This document shows, piece after piece, positions 1 to 12,770 of a stretch of 64,000 bases of DNA. This stretch comes from Octopus vulgaris (taxonomy: Eukaryota): the NCBI GenBank assembly GCA_951406725.2, contig OX597816.1, positions 53,258,001 through 53,322,000 of the forward strand, written 5' to 3'. The notes beneath the pieces are model-generated. The model was not told where the DNA came from, ran no database searches, and saw only the letters and a program-made list of their open reading frames with translations. The position numbers and the translations under genes were made by a program. Numbering within the stretch: position 1 is the stretch's first letter; each line of letters starts with the position of its first letter.

Positions 1-88
1 AAAAAAGCAGAAATATTTGATATAAACTCAATAATAATAATAATAATAATAATAATTAATACAATGTATCAGTCTTTCACACACTCAC

Positions 89-262
89 CTATATCCAGTT
101 GTGAATTCATGTACTTTACAAAAGTTATTTGATGTAAACTGTATTATTGACATGGCACTAACAGAACACAGCAATATAACCATTTTAGTTTTGTATACTT
201 AGATACTCATTGTTAACATATCAGCCACTTTACAGTAGCTAATTGCAAGTTTAGCAGAAAAC
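89..262 (-). CDS. Candidate host-gene exon: 5'UTR part plus start codon (CDS 183->89, MVILLCSVSAMSIIQFTSNNFCKVHEFTTGY...), product unknown
   Basis: Minus-strand acceptor cttcattttag|G at 263/262 and strong donor AG|GTGAGT at 89/88. ATG in an AAAATGG context at 183-181 stays open to the donor (phase 2). No homology recognised. Confidence 0.33.
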
Positions 263-1873
263 CTAAAATGAAGCTTCAAACGGATTAATACTGTTTTATG
301 TGTGGAACATAGCCTGTACAGGAGAACAATAGTAAGAGAAAGTATGGCTTTGTGATTTCTAAAACAACATACTAACTTTTGAAGCAGATTAATTAGAAAA
401 ATTATTTCTTTAATGTGGGGATTCTGGTGTACAAATAGAATTCGCAGCTTTTGATTATTCATCTGATTTGATTGGAAAACTTTGTTACTAATAAAGATCA
501 AAGACTTCTTCTGTGACAACTCTATTATTCACAAACAGCAAAACATTTTTCACAGATAAAACTTGAACCTCACATTTGAAGCTACAATGTTCTCAATTTT
601 ATATTGCTCGGTCCTTCCATTTGGAAGAAACATGATTTATTCCAATCAGAAAAACTTGAACATCTAATTGAACATTAATACATGTGGTGGAAATAATATG
701 TAACTGTGCATATTAGGTATACAAAAAGCAAATGAAAGAAAGACGAATAGTTATCGATAGGAAATATATTTTGATTTATCTTTGGAAGTTTACCTGCTTT
801 CTTGAAGCAAAACTTAAGATTACATGTGATTTCTCATTAATGTCAGAAAAGTCAAAATATATACAAAGCATAAGGGAGAAATTAGTTCTGTAAACTTGGA
901 TAATTTGCGATAAACATATCCTAGTTAACAAACATTACGCTTTCAACTTTATCAAGATTGCGGCATAAATCATTTCTGACTGTCTCAAAGACATTCTTTA
1001 ACAAAATTCCTTTGTTTCACTGAAATTTGGCAAGCTATCCAGAAATAGGTAATGTGATCTTGCTTGACATGTTTAAGGTGAAGAATAGAGAAAATTGAAA
1101 TAAATGAACACTGATAAATCACATCGTGAAATTCTCCACTCTGTTATCAAAATTCAGCTAAAGCTCTAATTTGCAACAGAATATAAAGAGAAGATAGAGA
1201 AGATCATTGAAGAAAGACAATGACCTGGAGTCAGAACTACTGTGATAATTTCATACTGTTTTCTGAGTTTCTATAGATAACATTACTTGGTGTATTTAAA
1301 AATAGTTCTGTGTAGGAGGCTATCTTACACTAACTAAAGATTCCCGATTAAAAGAAAACAAAGAATAAATGTAAAAATATTCAAGAAAAGAAAGCAGAGA
1401 TTTACAAATATTTATCTTTTTTTATTGTCAAATAGCTTTTTCATTAACTTATATTCTTTAATCAAATGCAATTATTCCCTGAGAAATTAGGGAAAACAAT
1501 TTCAGTTGGAAACATAGCCAGAATAGTTAGTGTATTTGTTTGTTCATCAAATATCTATGTTTTTTTTTGTTCTTGTTTTTTTGTTTTTTTTTTCCATGTT
1601 TACATGGTTTGGATTGGGACTTATTTAAGGTAGGATTTTATGACTGGATGCTCTTCCTGCTGTTAATCTTGTTTTTCAGGTACAGGAAATTTTATTCATA
1701 AGTATTTGGAAGCACAGAGTGACTAGTAATAATGTCAACAATGAATGGCAATATCTGAAACGGCTTCACTCAGGCAGTGACAAACAAAAGAAGCCTTGGA
1801 ATATCAATATTTGCAGAAATGCACAAATAAATACACACACATCATCTTACAGACGGGCTTCTATACACTTTCT

Positions 1874-2101
1874 TATTTCTTTATTGCCCACAAAGGGCTA
1901 AACACAGAGAGGACAAACAAGGACAAACAAACGGATTAAGTCGATTATATCGACCCCAGTGTGTAACTGGTACTTAATTTATCAACCCCGAAAGGATGAA
2001 AGGCAAAGTCGACCTCGGTGGAATTTGAACTGAGAACATAGTGGCAGACGAAATACCGCTAAGCATTTTGCCCGGCATGCTAACGTTTCTGCCAGCTCGC
2101 T
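1874..2101 (-). mobile_element. SINE family B (central GCCTTTCATCCTTTCGGGGTCGATAAATTAAGTACCAG domain; Meta/MESC-like)
   Basis: Matches many other copies in the window. 18-bp TSD GGCTTCTATACACTTTCT at 1856-1873 and 2102-2119. Confidence 0.85.
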
Positions 2102-2857
2102 GGCTTCTATACACTTTCTGCCTACCAAATTCACTCACAAGACTAAATTAGTTGGTTGGGGGCTATGGAACAAAATACCCATTCAAAGTATCATGCACAG
2201 GGCCTGAACCCAAAACTATGTGGATCTGAAGTAAAATTCTTGATCACAAAATCATGCCAGCACAACTTAAATCCCTCTCAGACCTGGAACTCTGTGTCTA
2301 AATTTACCCTCTGCCTGGGCTCCTGAGCAAAAATATAAATAGTTGCATATACAGCCCAAGAGTAATGACTGCAGACAAACTAGTGAACAAAATCAGTTGC
2401 ATCTTTATGTTTCTATGTAAGCAGTTCATTACCCCTTTACTGACAGGGATGATGTTCAACCAATATCCATTATTATAATAGCAGAAATAGAGCATGACAG
2501 GTTTATAGGTGCTGAATGGCCAGATTGAAATTGAAAAGTTCTAATCCTAGCATTACCCTTTTATTGTGCTCCGAGATTAAAGAAACCAAAACAAGACTGG
2601 AAATATGTACTGCATCTCCTTCACTGTGGAATGCTTAACATTAGGAATACAAACACTTGTTAAAATATGTTGTTTCACCAGTTCAGATAATATTTACATG
2701 ACCTCCTATAACATCGTCATAAAACAAGCCAACACATGCTGGCAGAATCATTGGCAAGCAGCATGCATTCTAAATTCTAAGGTTCAATATTCTAAGGTTG
2801 ACCTTGTCTTTCATCCTTTAGGGGTCGACAAAATAAGAACCAGTTGAGTACTGGAGT

Positions 2858-3171
2858 TGTTGTTTGTTTGTTTGTTCTTTCTCGAGCAATGCCTGGCTCA
2901 TAAGGGCCGGTTTCCCAGTTTCCTTGGCATATAGGTTCCTCACCTGGACAGGACACCAGTCTGTCGCAGGTGAACTGCAAGATGCAGGAGGAAAGAGTGA
3001 GAGAAAGTTGTGGTGAAAGAGTCAGCAGAATTTCACCATTACCTTCTGCTGGAGCCGTGTGGAGCTTAGGTGTTTCACTCATAAACACACACATCGCCCG
3101 GTCTGAGATTTGAACCCACGATCCCTCGACCGCGAGTCCACTGCTCTAACGACTAGGCAATGTGCATCCAC
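2858..3171 (-). mobile_element. tRNA-derived SINE family C nested inside a family B copy
   Basis: tRNA-like A/B-box head on the minus strand. 13-bp TSD TGAGTACTGGAGT at 2845-2857 and 3172-3184. Homologous to 9391-9700 and 28345-28621. Confidence 0.8.
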
Positions 3172-3561
3172 TGAGTACTGGAGTCAATGTAATCAACTTA
3201 GCCCCTCTCCCGAAACTGCTGGCCTTGTGGAACAATTTGAAACCAATACTCACACAGAAACACACATACATAAGAGTACAGGTATGACTGTGTGGTACAA
3301 AGTTTCTTTCCCAACCACATGGTCTCACTTCAGTCCTACAGTGTGATATCATGAGTGTCTTCTGCTATAAACCCAGGCCCAACCAAAACCTTTTGAGTGG
3401 ATTTGGAGACAGAAACTGACAGAAACCCACTATGTGTGTGTGTTACTGTCACTGCCTTGACATGATGTGATAGTTGTGAGTTTCCTTGTCATCCAATTGG
3501 TATGCTTTGCTTCCAGTCTGTGAAAACATATATGATCATGGGAAAATATTAACTTACTACA

Positions 3562-3985
3562 TAGGAGTGGTTGTGTGGGAAGTAGTTTGCTTACCAACAA
3601 CATGATTCTGGGTTCAGTCCCACTGCATGGCACCTTGGGCAAGTGTCTTCTACTATGGCCTCCGGCCGACCAAAGCCTTGTGAGTGGATTTGGTAGACAG
3701 AAACTGAAAGAAGCCTGTCGTATATATGTATATATGGGTTTCTCTCAGTTTTCTCTTTGTATGTATGTGTGTGTGTATATGTTTGTGTGTCTGTGTTTGT
3801 CCCCCCAACATCGTTTGACAACCGATGCTGGTGTGTTTACGTCTCCGTAACTTAGCGGTTCAGCAAAAGAGACTGATAGAATAAGTACTTGGCTTACAAA
3901 GAATAAGTCCTAAGGTTGATTTCCTCGACTAAAGGTGGTGCTCCAGCATGGCCACAGTCACATAACTGAAACAAGTAAAAGAGTT
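3562..3985 (+). mobile_element. tRNA-derived CORE-type SINE family A with internal (TA)/(TG) microsatellite
   Basis: Head AGGAGTGG..GTGTGG..GGGTTCAGTCCC, CORE-like CCTTGGGCAAGTG, tail GAAACAAGTAAAAGAG. About 20 copies in the window. Confidence 0.85.
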
Positions 3986-4308
3986 ACTTGGAAACAAGTG
4001 AGGGTTGGCAACAGGAAGGGAATTCAGTTGTAGAAAATCCACCTCAGTAAATTTCTTCCGATCCATGCAAACATGGTAAAATGGATGTTAAAATGATGAT
4101 GATGATGATGACATAAGTTATTTAAGACATCAATGTTAAAAATCAAAAAAGATTAAAACTTTTCAATTTTGTTTTGAGAAACTATTGTACCATGTGGGCC
4201 AAATTGATAATATTGATGTAAAAAATTCAATATTCAGTTTTTGTTTTCACAACCACACAACTGGATAAAAGTATTCAATATCACTTACTTCCATTTAAAT
4301 TTTGTAAT

Positions 4309-4467
4309 CAGGAGTGGACCCAAGCGAGGGCCTGAGGGTTACATGCGACCCTCAAGAAAAGAAGTGCACCTTTCTAAATAATGTTATTACGCCCTTTTCT
4401 CCTTGACTGGTATTATTCCCTTCTGACCTTGTACCCACCCTTCGAAGAATTTTTGGGACCACACCTG
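4309..4467. mobile_element. Small MITE, hAT-like ends
   Basis: Imperfect TIRs CAGGAGTGGACCCAAG / TTTGGGACCACACCTG. No clear TSD. Confidence 0.45.
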
Positions 4468-4711
4468 GTATATAGTCCTTATATATATATATATATATAG
4501 TAGGGAATATAATTCCAAACTTACAGGGAAAAATTCAGTTTAGCAATTCTAAATCAAATTTCCCAATATATAATATATGTATATAATAAAGAGAAATAAT
4601 GTTTATTTAATTTAGTGATTTTTTTAATAAAATTTTTTCTATATAATATAATGTCTTTCACTATTGAATTACTTAATAGAGGTAATTTCTCTTAATTATA
4701 TATATATATAT

Positions 4712-4900
4712 ACCGTTGGCGATTTTTTTCCTCTGTCTTCCCTTCTCTAGATCTTTCCTTCTCCTATGTTTCCGACAAAGAGTCCGCTCGAAATGTTAAA
4801 CCCTCCTTCTTTCCTTCTTTCCGGAGCGTCCAATAATACTATATTTGTTCCACGTCCTCGCATTGTTGTGTTTTTTTGTGCCTTCTTGTTTGGATTAACT
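4712..4900 (+). mobile_element. Possible Penelope-like pLTR remnant with degenerate minimal hammerhead
   Basis: GTTT-CCGACAA-A-GAG(TCCG)CTC-GAAA-TGTT-AAAC at 4768-4801 fits the hammerhead layout with core substitutions. Follows a (TA)n run. Confidence 0.4.
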
Positions 4901-4902
4901 AT

Positions 4903-5794
4903 ATCATCATCATCATCATCATCATTTAACGTCCGCTTTCCATGCTAGCATGGGTTGGACGGTTCAACTGGGGTCTGGGGAGCCCGAAAGCTGCACCAGT
5001 CCAGTCAGATCTGGCAGTGTTTCTACAGCTGGATGCCCTTCCTAACGCCAACCACTCCGAGAGTGTAGTGGGTGATTTTATGTGCCACCGACACAGGTGC
5101 CAGACGAGGCTGGCAAACGGCCACGCTCGGATGGTGTTTTTTATGTGCCACCGACACAGGTGCCAGACGAGGCTGGCAGACGGCCACGCTCGGATGGTGT
5201 TTTTATGTGCCACCGACACAGGTGCCAGATGAGGCTGGCAAACGGCCACGATCGGATGGTGCTTGCTACGTGCCCACAGCACGGAGGCCAGTCGATGCGG
5301 CACCGGCTACGGCCACGTTCGGACGGCCCCCTTGTGTGCCACGTGCCACCGGCACTGGCACCACAAAGATACAAATTCCATTGATGTTCATCTATTTTGA
5401 TTTGTTTTGATTTGATTTTCACTTGCCTCAACAGGTCTTCACAAGTGTCACAAGAAGGAAGGTATGCACAGGTGGACTGACTACGTCCCAGGTAGGGGCC
5501 ATGGGTTATGGCCTGACTAGTCTTGCCGGGTCTTCGGATGGTGTTTTTATGTGCCACCGACACAGGTGCTAGATGAGGCTGGCGAACGGCCACGATCGGA
5601 TGGTGTTTGTCATGTGCCCACCGCACTGACTACAGCACTGATGGATTTCTTGTGAGCCACAGGCACTGGTACCACAAGATACAAATTCCATTGATGTTCA
5701 TCTATTTTGTCTATTTTGATTTGATTTGATTTGATTTGATTTCACTTGCCTCAACCGGTCTTCACAAGTGTCACAAGAAGGAAGGTATGCACAG

Positions 5795-5795
<1 letters not shown>
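4903..5795 (-). mobile_element. 5'-truncated RTE LINE 3'UTR with ~63-bp internal modules and a partial higher-order duplication; (GAT)n tail
   Basis: Near-identical reverse complement of the 3' part of 37265-39573. 3' end ...CCAACCCATGCTAGCATGGAAAGCGGACGTTAAATGATGATG on minus. Confidence 0.8.
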
Positions 5796-5841
<46 letters not shown>

Positions 5842-6179
5842 TGTATGTATATATATATATTCTATACATACAATTTTTATACTTGTCCCAGACATTCACA
5901 AGAAAACAGATGAAATGGTGAGAAATGGTCTCAAGAAGCTGAAGAAGATGACTAAAATCTTTGATGATTAATAATAAACAATTCTGAAAGAGACCATCCC
6001 ACAAATGCAAACTTGGAGAATTGGTTGATACAATAGTTTAGTGTTGGAGGATGGGATGTATAATATAGCAAGTATTAGGTCTCTTCATTAGCTTTTCATC
6101 TGTCACACCCTACTCTCTATTTAGCGTATCAGGCTGTACATAGGCTGTGTATGTAATAAAGGATGGCATTTGATATCCT

Positions 6180-6630
6180 TGTATTTGGTGAATGCAATTG
6201 TCTTCCCAATAGCAACATATAGATGTGAGACCTGGACACTAAAGAAAGCTGACCAGAAGAGAATTAATGCATTCAAGCTTTGGTGTTGGAGAAGACTTTT
6301 ACGGATTCCATGGACAGCGAGGCTCACCAATGGAGAAGTTCTTAAGCAGATCAGGCCGAAAATGTCGCTAGAAGCTAGGATCACCAAGCATAGATTGGCA
6401 TATTTCGGTCATATTATGCAGAGAAAATCCCTGGAGAAGGACATCATGCTCGGAATGGTCAGTGGTAAGAGAGGAAGAGGCCGACCAAGAACCCGCTGGC
6501 TTGACACCATCAAGAGTGATACCGGAATGGACATAGCCAATCTGAAAGAAGTGGCCCAGGATAGAACTGACTGGAGGACACTGATCCGAGTAACCGAGAG
6601 TCGACTTTGACTGAGTGGATAGATAGATAG
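6180..6630 (+). mobile_element. BovB-like RTE LINE, 5'-truncated, C-terminal end of the RT ORF
   Basis: ORF 6170-6610: FPIATYRCETWTLKK..INAFKLWCWRRLLRIPWTAR..YFGHIM..SLEKDIMLG..GKRGRGRPRTRWLD, closely matching the BovB C-terminus. Short (ATAG)n tail. Confidence 0.9.
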
Positions 6631-6805
6631 TATTTAATCCTTTTACCATCACCCTTTACCATCATACCTCTCTTCCACCACGGTCTTTTATCATTCTCCT
6701 CTCTTGCATACATATCTTTTGTCACTCTACTCCTCTCACAACAAACTTTTTTTATAGCTAGAGCCTTAAAAATATATCATTTACCTTATTGTTAAAACTT
6801 TGATT

Positions 6806-7060
6806 GTGGAGATGCATGGTTTAGTGGTTAGGTAGTTGGACTTTTGATTGTAAGATTGTGGTTTCGATTCCTGGACAGGCGATGTGTTGTGCTCTTGAGC
6901 AAAACACTTCATTTCACAATGCTCCAATCCACTCAGATGGCAAAAATGAGAAATCCTACGATGGACCAGTGTCCAGTCCAGGTGGGGAATTCATATGCCC
7001 TAGAAACAGGGAAACTGGATTTTATCAGTTGACATGACTTGTCAAAGTAACTTTACCTTT
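6806..7060 (+). mobile_element. tRNA-derived SINE (family C-related)
   Basis: GTGGAGATGCATGGTTTAGTGG A-box and GGTTTCGATTCC B-box. Homologous to 19499-19766. Confidence 0.7.
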
Positions 7061-9390
7061 TTTACTTAATACTTTGACTTGATTCAACCAATGAGGATAC
7101 CTCTATGTGGCAACTCGGTCTGGCAGAAATAACAGTCAAATTCACCTCAAACCTTAAAGCAGTATAAAACATTAGATAATGTGTTCCGAAGTTCAGTATT
7201 TAAAAATTAAGTGGAATGGTCATAGTTAAATCTGGAATGCTTTAATCACAGATCTACTTCATCATAACACTGAGCAGAGACTAAACAACATAGGACAGTA
7301 CATTTTTCAGTATTTGTCCTGACATTCTTCTCTCAAGATTCAAATCCTTCTGAGCTCAGCTTTGCCTTTCATTCTTTCAGGATAAATTTAAAATGTTCTC
7401 ATCCAGGGCAATGAACTAGTAGAATTGTTTGGACATCAAATGAGATGCCTTGCAGTATGTCTATTAGCTCTTTGCACTCTGACAGCAAAGTCAGTGACGA
7501 TGATATTAGTTCTAAGTTGTACAGGCCTTCGATAATAATCTTTCCCTTCGACAATAACCTTTCCTTTCAGCAACACTAATGACATGCAGCAGAGACATGT
7601 ATAACTGAATAACTGCTAGGTTTTCACAATCATTAGATAACTGGAATGCTTCAGAGTAACTGTACCAACTCTTTTCACTCTGAGTTCAAATACCACAGAG
7701 AACAACTTTACCCTTCTGTTCCTTCAATGTTGCAAAATGATTACCAATCCAGGATGATGGATTGGAAGAACTATAAGAAAGTCAGACAGGATCTTTGCAG
7801 TATTGGTTCCAGCGCTTTACATTTTAATCTCAAATCCTACCATAATCTTCTTGGGTTCTAGATTTACTCATCCACCCAGTTTTACACTCCTTGACATCTT
7901 GAATGTCAGTAGTAGAGTCTACAGTATTTCAAGCATTTTCTGAGTCAGATCTGTGATTTGAGGATACCTTCTTTCATCCCTCATACAAGTTTTCAATGCC
8001 CTGTTAGGTGCTATGGGTGCTACCTTCCCTTATCACAAAACAAATAAAAAGAAAACCTGTTCAGACTTATGCATATAAGTAGAGTGACACGGCATCACAC
8101 ACAGAGAGAGAGAGAGAGACAGACAGAGACAGACAGAAACAAGGAAATGCCACTTGTATTTGAATGCTATACAAATATTCTTTTAAAAAAACTTTTCTTT
8201 TAATTTTTCAATTTAATTTAATTGTTTTCTATATTACAGTTGAAAAAGTCTCAATGACTGAAACTGGTACTGAAATGTTTTTTATAAAATTATTTTAGCA
8301 TTTTCTATCTTGACTTTTTTTTCCATATATATATTTATATATATATATACATATACAGTGGACTTCTTTCAGTTTCCATTTACCAAATCCACTCACAAGG
8401 CTTAAGTCAACCCAAGGCTATAGTAGAAGACACTTACCCAAAGTGCCATGCAGTAGGACTGAACCCAGAACAATGTGGTTGGGAAGCAAGCTTCTTACCA
8501 TGCAACCACACCTGATCAATACTTTCATTTATATCAGGAATGGGGAAGATTTTTAATGCAGCAGGCAGAAATTTCCAAAGTAAAATGTCCTTGGTTGAAT
8601 CACAAGTTCTAACTCTTATATCTGTGTAAATCTTGTATATATCTATGTAGAATTCGATATACATTAATAAAGATAAGTTCAACACATTAAATTAATGCAT
8701 AACATCTTCGTTAATGCTGCCACTGAATTTAGGACATTTATATATATATTACTTATGAGGACATTTATATATAATTTAGGACATTTATATTACTTACTTT
8801 TCAGCTATGTAGTTGGGTCTCAAGGGGGTGGTACAAACCTAGTAACATGTGTTTTATAGTGAAAGCAAAATTTCCATTCCAATGGCAATAACCGGAATAT
8901 TTTCTGTTTGAGTTTTAAGTCGTAGTAGAAACACAACCTATGACAAAAATAGGCATCCTATATTGTATAAATTTTATAATTGAAAAATTTACTATATTTT
9001 GTATATACGAGTATACCAGCCTGCAAGCGTAATAAAATGGGCTCACATGAGCAATTGTGCCCTCAGACGGGAGTTTCTCCATCCCTGATTTATATTAAAA
9101 CTATAATGACAGGCTAGAAACTTGTAGAAATGTGACAAAAGATTTAAATATTGTCATCAGTCACAGAGAAAACATCTACATGATTATATGGCATGCTAGA
9201 AATAGCAACCAATCTTCTCTCAGATCCCAATCTTGGTGTCTTATGCAAAGAAGTACAATATTAGCTAATGGCCAATGTACAGTTATGTGTACACTAAAAT
9301 ACTTGATGTAGTGTTCCAAGAAATTATACCATACTATCTGAGGAATGTATGAGATCACTCAGTAAGATTAAAAATAAATAATACAAACAG

Positions 9391-9700
9391 TGTGGAGGTG
9401 CAATGGCCCAGTGGCTAGGGCAGCGGACTCACGGTCGGAGGATCACGGTTTCGATTCCCAGACCGGGCGTTGTGTGTGTTTATTGAGTGAAAACACCTAA
9501 AAGCTCCACAAGGCTCTGGCAGGGGGTGCTGGCGGCCCCTGTTGTACTCTTTCACCTCAACTTTCTCTCACTCTCTCTTCCTTTTTCTTGATTAACGCTG
9601 TGATGGACTGGCGTCCCATCCAGTCATGGGGAACACATATGCCTCAGAAACCAGGAAACCGGGCCCATGAGCCTGGCTAGACTTGAAAAGGGCGACAAAG
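9391..9700 (+). mobile_element. tRNA-derived SINE family C
   Basis: TGGCCCAGTGG A-box, GGTTTCGATTCCC B-box and shared GGAAACCGGGCCCATGAGCC 3' region. Confidence 0.8.
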
Positions 9701-10247
9701 GAAAAAAGAAAAATACATCATCCATTCCCAGAAATACATCTATCCAACAATCCCTACCTGAATTGTATTTTCTCAAACAGTTACCCTCTACTCTAGTGCT
9801 TCCCAAAATGAGCAGTACTGTTCCCTGAGAAGGGTCCAGGGGGAAAATGGTAAGATAGGAATTGGAAAGATAGGGATACATCTTATTATTGCTCAAATTT
9901 TCAAAAATATATTTTTAGAGAAGAGAATCTTGAATGTAGGAGATGAGTTGTGAAAAGAGGTTTAGAGAATTGGGTAAAATACCCAAATACATGGGAAAAA
10001 AGTGACCAGCAGCCACTGTACGAATCATTTGATGATGTTACAGTTCAAAATAAGGCAGCAAGCTGGCAGAATTGTTAGCACATCAGGAAAATTGCTTAGC
10101 AGCATTTCACTTGCCTTTATGTTCTAAGTTCAAATTACACTGGGGCCAACTTTGCCTTTCATCTCTTCAGGGTTGATAAAATAAGTACCAGCTGAGCACT
10201 AAAATTTGAAACCAATATTACAGTTGTTTTGACAATCTATATTATAT

Positions 10248-10650
10248 TCTCTTTTACTCTCTTTTACTTGTTTCAATCATTTTGACTGTGGCCATGGTGG
10301 AGCACCGCCTTTAGTCAAGCAAATCGACCCCAGGACTTATTCTTTGTAAGCCCAGTACTTATTCTATCGGTCTCTTTTGCCGAACCGCTAAGTTACGGGG
10401 ACGTAAACACAACAGCATCGGTTGGTCAAGCGATGTTGGGAGGAAAAACACAGACACACAAACACACACACATATATCTATATATATACATATACGATGG
10501 GCTTCTTTCAGTTTCTGTCTACCAAATCCACTCACAAGGCTTTGGTCAGCCCGAGGCTATTGTAGAAGACACTTGCCCAAGGTGCCATGCAGTGGCACTG
10601 AACCCGGAACCATGTGGTTGGTAAGCAAGCTACTTACCCCTACAGCCACA
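10248..10650 (-). mobile_element. SINE family A
   Basis: Full-length reverse complement of family A. Confidence 0.85.
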
Positions 10651-12164
10651 TATTGATGAAATAATTTATGTGCAAATGATCCTTTAATGGGGATCAATCT
10701 GTCATCAGCAACTATTTGTAGTGTATTTAATTTCTTTCAATCATAGCAAGGAGGCATTGAAAGTCTGTTGATAAGAAAATATTGGTCGATTGTTTAAAAA
10801 GTTTGAAAAGCATATCTTTTCTCCACTTAAATGACAGCTTCAAGCTAAAGTCAATAAAGGGCCTCATCAGAGAAGCCTTATCAGCATTATAATTCTCTGA
10901 GGAAATCGACCCACTGGGCCCTAAAGTCCATAGTAATTGATGGCAAAGCACAGCATAGAGAGATTAGAACTGAGCTCCTAGTTCCCGTGAGGACCCTAAG
11001 CAACAGTCTGGTGCATCCATGCCTTAAGATAGCACCAGCCTTCACCTCAGTCACTAGACATGCTAAAAATAGCAGCCAAATTGCCCTGTACCATACTGTA
11101 AGTGGGAAGGATCATGTAATGTCCTAGGTACATTTCTAAATATAAGAGATGGTCATGACTGGAATGCTTTTGATCATTGGTTCACTCAAATCAACAACAG
11201 TCATTACTAAGCTGTTTCCAAAAACAGAGGAATTGTCTCACTCCTCTGATTAAATAATGATGAAATAGAAATCATCACAATAAAGAGAGGAATATATACT
11301 TACGTTTATGAGTATGAGCGAGAGATAGAGAGAATGAGAGAGAGGGCTACATTTATAGGTATCAATTTTAGCTAAACTCAAAGCAGAATCTTATAAGCTA
11401 TGGGAGGCAACTCTAGCAAACTAAATATATGCTAACTAGAGGATTTTAGCGACAAGATGGCACAATCAATAGAGCAAAATAGTATGTTTTGTGGTATTCG
11501 TTACGGTTCTCTTCACTCTAAGTCCAAATTCTACCAAGACAGATTTGTTTTTTTTTCGATATCGATAAATAAAGTGCAAAACAATACTGATTGGGGTTCT
11601 TTTACCCGCAGTATATTGTTACACCCACCTTAAAACACCCGCTTGATGCTAAGTTAGATTGGCTCTTTCCTCGCAATTATAGGCTGTCTTAAATTAAAAA
11701 CACCACCTTAAACCTGTTCTTGTAGAATGCAATCTACTGAGCATCTCCCTAGGTCTTTGTAAATCACCTTATCTCTTCATCTCTTTATAACACCGTGTAC
11801 GTAATATCTACATGTTATATCTATATTATACAACTATGGCAAGCACTAGAGTTGATTTAAATGATAGATACGATTATCTGTTCGATTTTTTTTTTCATCT
11901 GTAGCAATTGACAGACAAATTATTATAGTACTGCTTGTACTTTAAGGGCGGATGATAGTATAAAAGCAAACGGCTACGGTATTCCTCTGAGAAGCAGAAA
12001 TACCCTACCCCCACACTTATCAGGTATTATTATTTCTGAAAGACATTGTATTTTATGCAATCCGCAGTAGAAAGGCCTAATGACTAAATATTTATCAGAT
12101 ATACAAGCTTCTCAAAGCTTTCTGATTCTACCTTAACCAACCAATACCATTACCCACCACAGAG

Positions 12165-12425
12165 GCGTCAGGTGATTCCTGTGAGGGTAATTTGCTGTTC
12201 CAACACCTTAGCCTAGCCATCGCTCATGGTAATGTCGCCAGTGCGTTGGCTTGCTTCAGTTGGTTCTGCTGAACCTTGTGATGTGCGACCAATTGAAGCA
12301 TTTGGTGTTGAATGGATGATTTCTGTTTTGTTTTTGTTGAATTGATGTTTTTTCCTTTTTTTTCTTTCTTTGTCCCTTTTTTTTGCGTTTTATTCCTTTC
12401 GGTTTTGTATCTATATTTCATAAAA
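12165..12425 (+). mobile_element. CRE-clade non-LTR retrotransposon 3' end
   Basis: Translates LLFQHLSLAIAHGNVASAL, the CRE C-terminal QRxSLAIQRGNAAS motif. T-rich 3'UTR. Homologous to 22500-22720 on minus. Confidence 0.7.
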
Positions 12426-12635
12426 TTGTTTTTGGACGGAGGTAAGGAATACGTATACCACCCATTTTCGGCGTAACAAAACCCCTAACCCTAATCTTAA
12501 CTATAAACACCGGGTGTACGAATTGTTTACTTTCGCCTGTTTTTGTACATATAATATTAAAGAATATTAAAACACGCTATAAAACAGTAAAGAATATTAA
12601 AACACGTTATAAAACAGTAAAAGAAAGAAAGAAAG

Positions 12636-12770
<135 letters not shown>

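Noticed and set aside
199-519. 106-aa minus-strand ORF
   Set aside because: No recognisable domain, and it reads through a likely splice acceptor at 263. Probably a chance ORF in AT-rich DNA.
3575-3850. Recurrent ORFs such as [31 protein letters not shown], suggesting a peptide gene family
   Set aside because: Chance frames through SINE family A, with frame and stops inconsistent between copies.
4926-5626. Overlapping ORFs with MCHRHRCQ repeats
   Set aside because: Open on several frames and both strands because the GC-rich 63-bp module lacks stops. This is LINE 3'UTR sequence.
5892-5971. Possible plus-strand terminal exon DIHKKTDEMVRNGLKKLKKMTKIFDD* (and EYKEKIEKIIEERQ* at about 1180-1223)
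   Set aside because: Only an acceptor-like site and a short frame, with no recognisable homology. It also conflicts with the minus-strand model, so it is left uncalled.
9391-9465. tRNA genes at SINE heads (also 6806, 19766, 35940)
   Set aside because: A/B boxes are present but there is no complete cloverleaf, and each runs into a SINE body.
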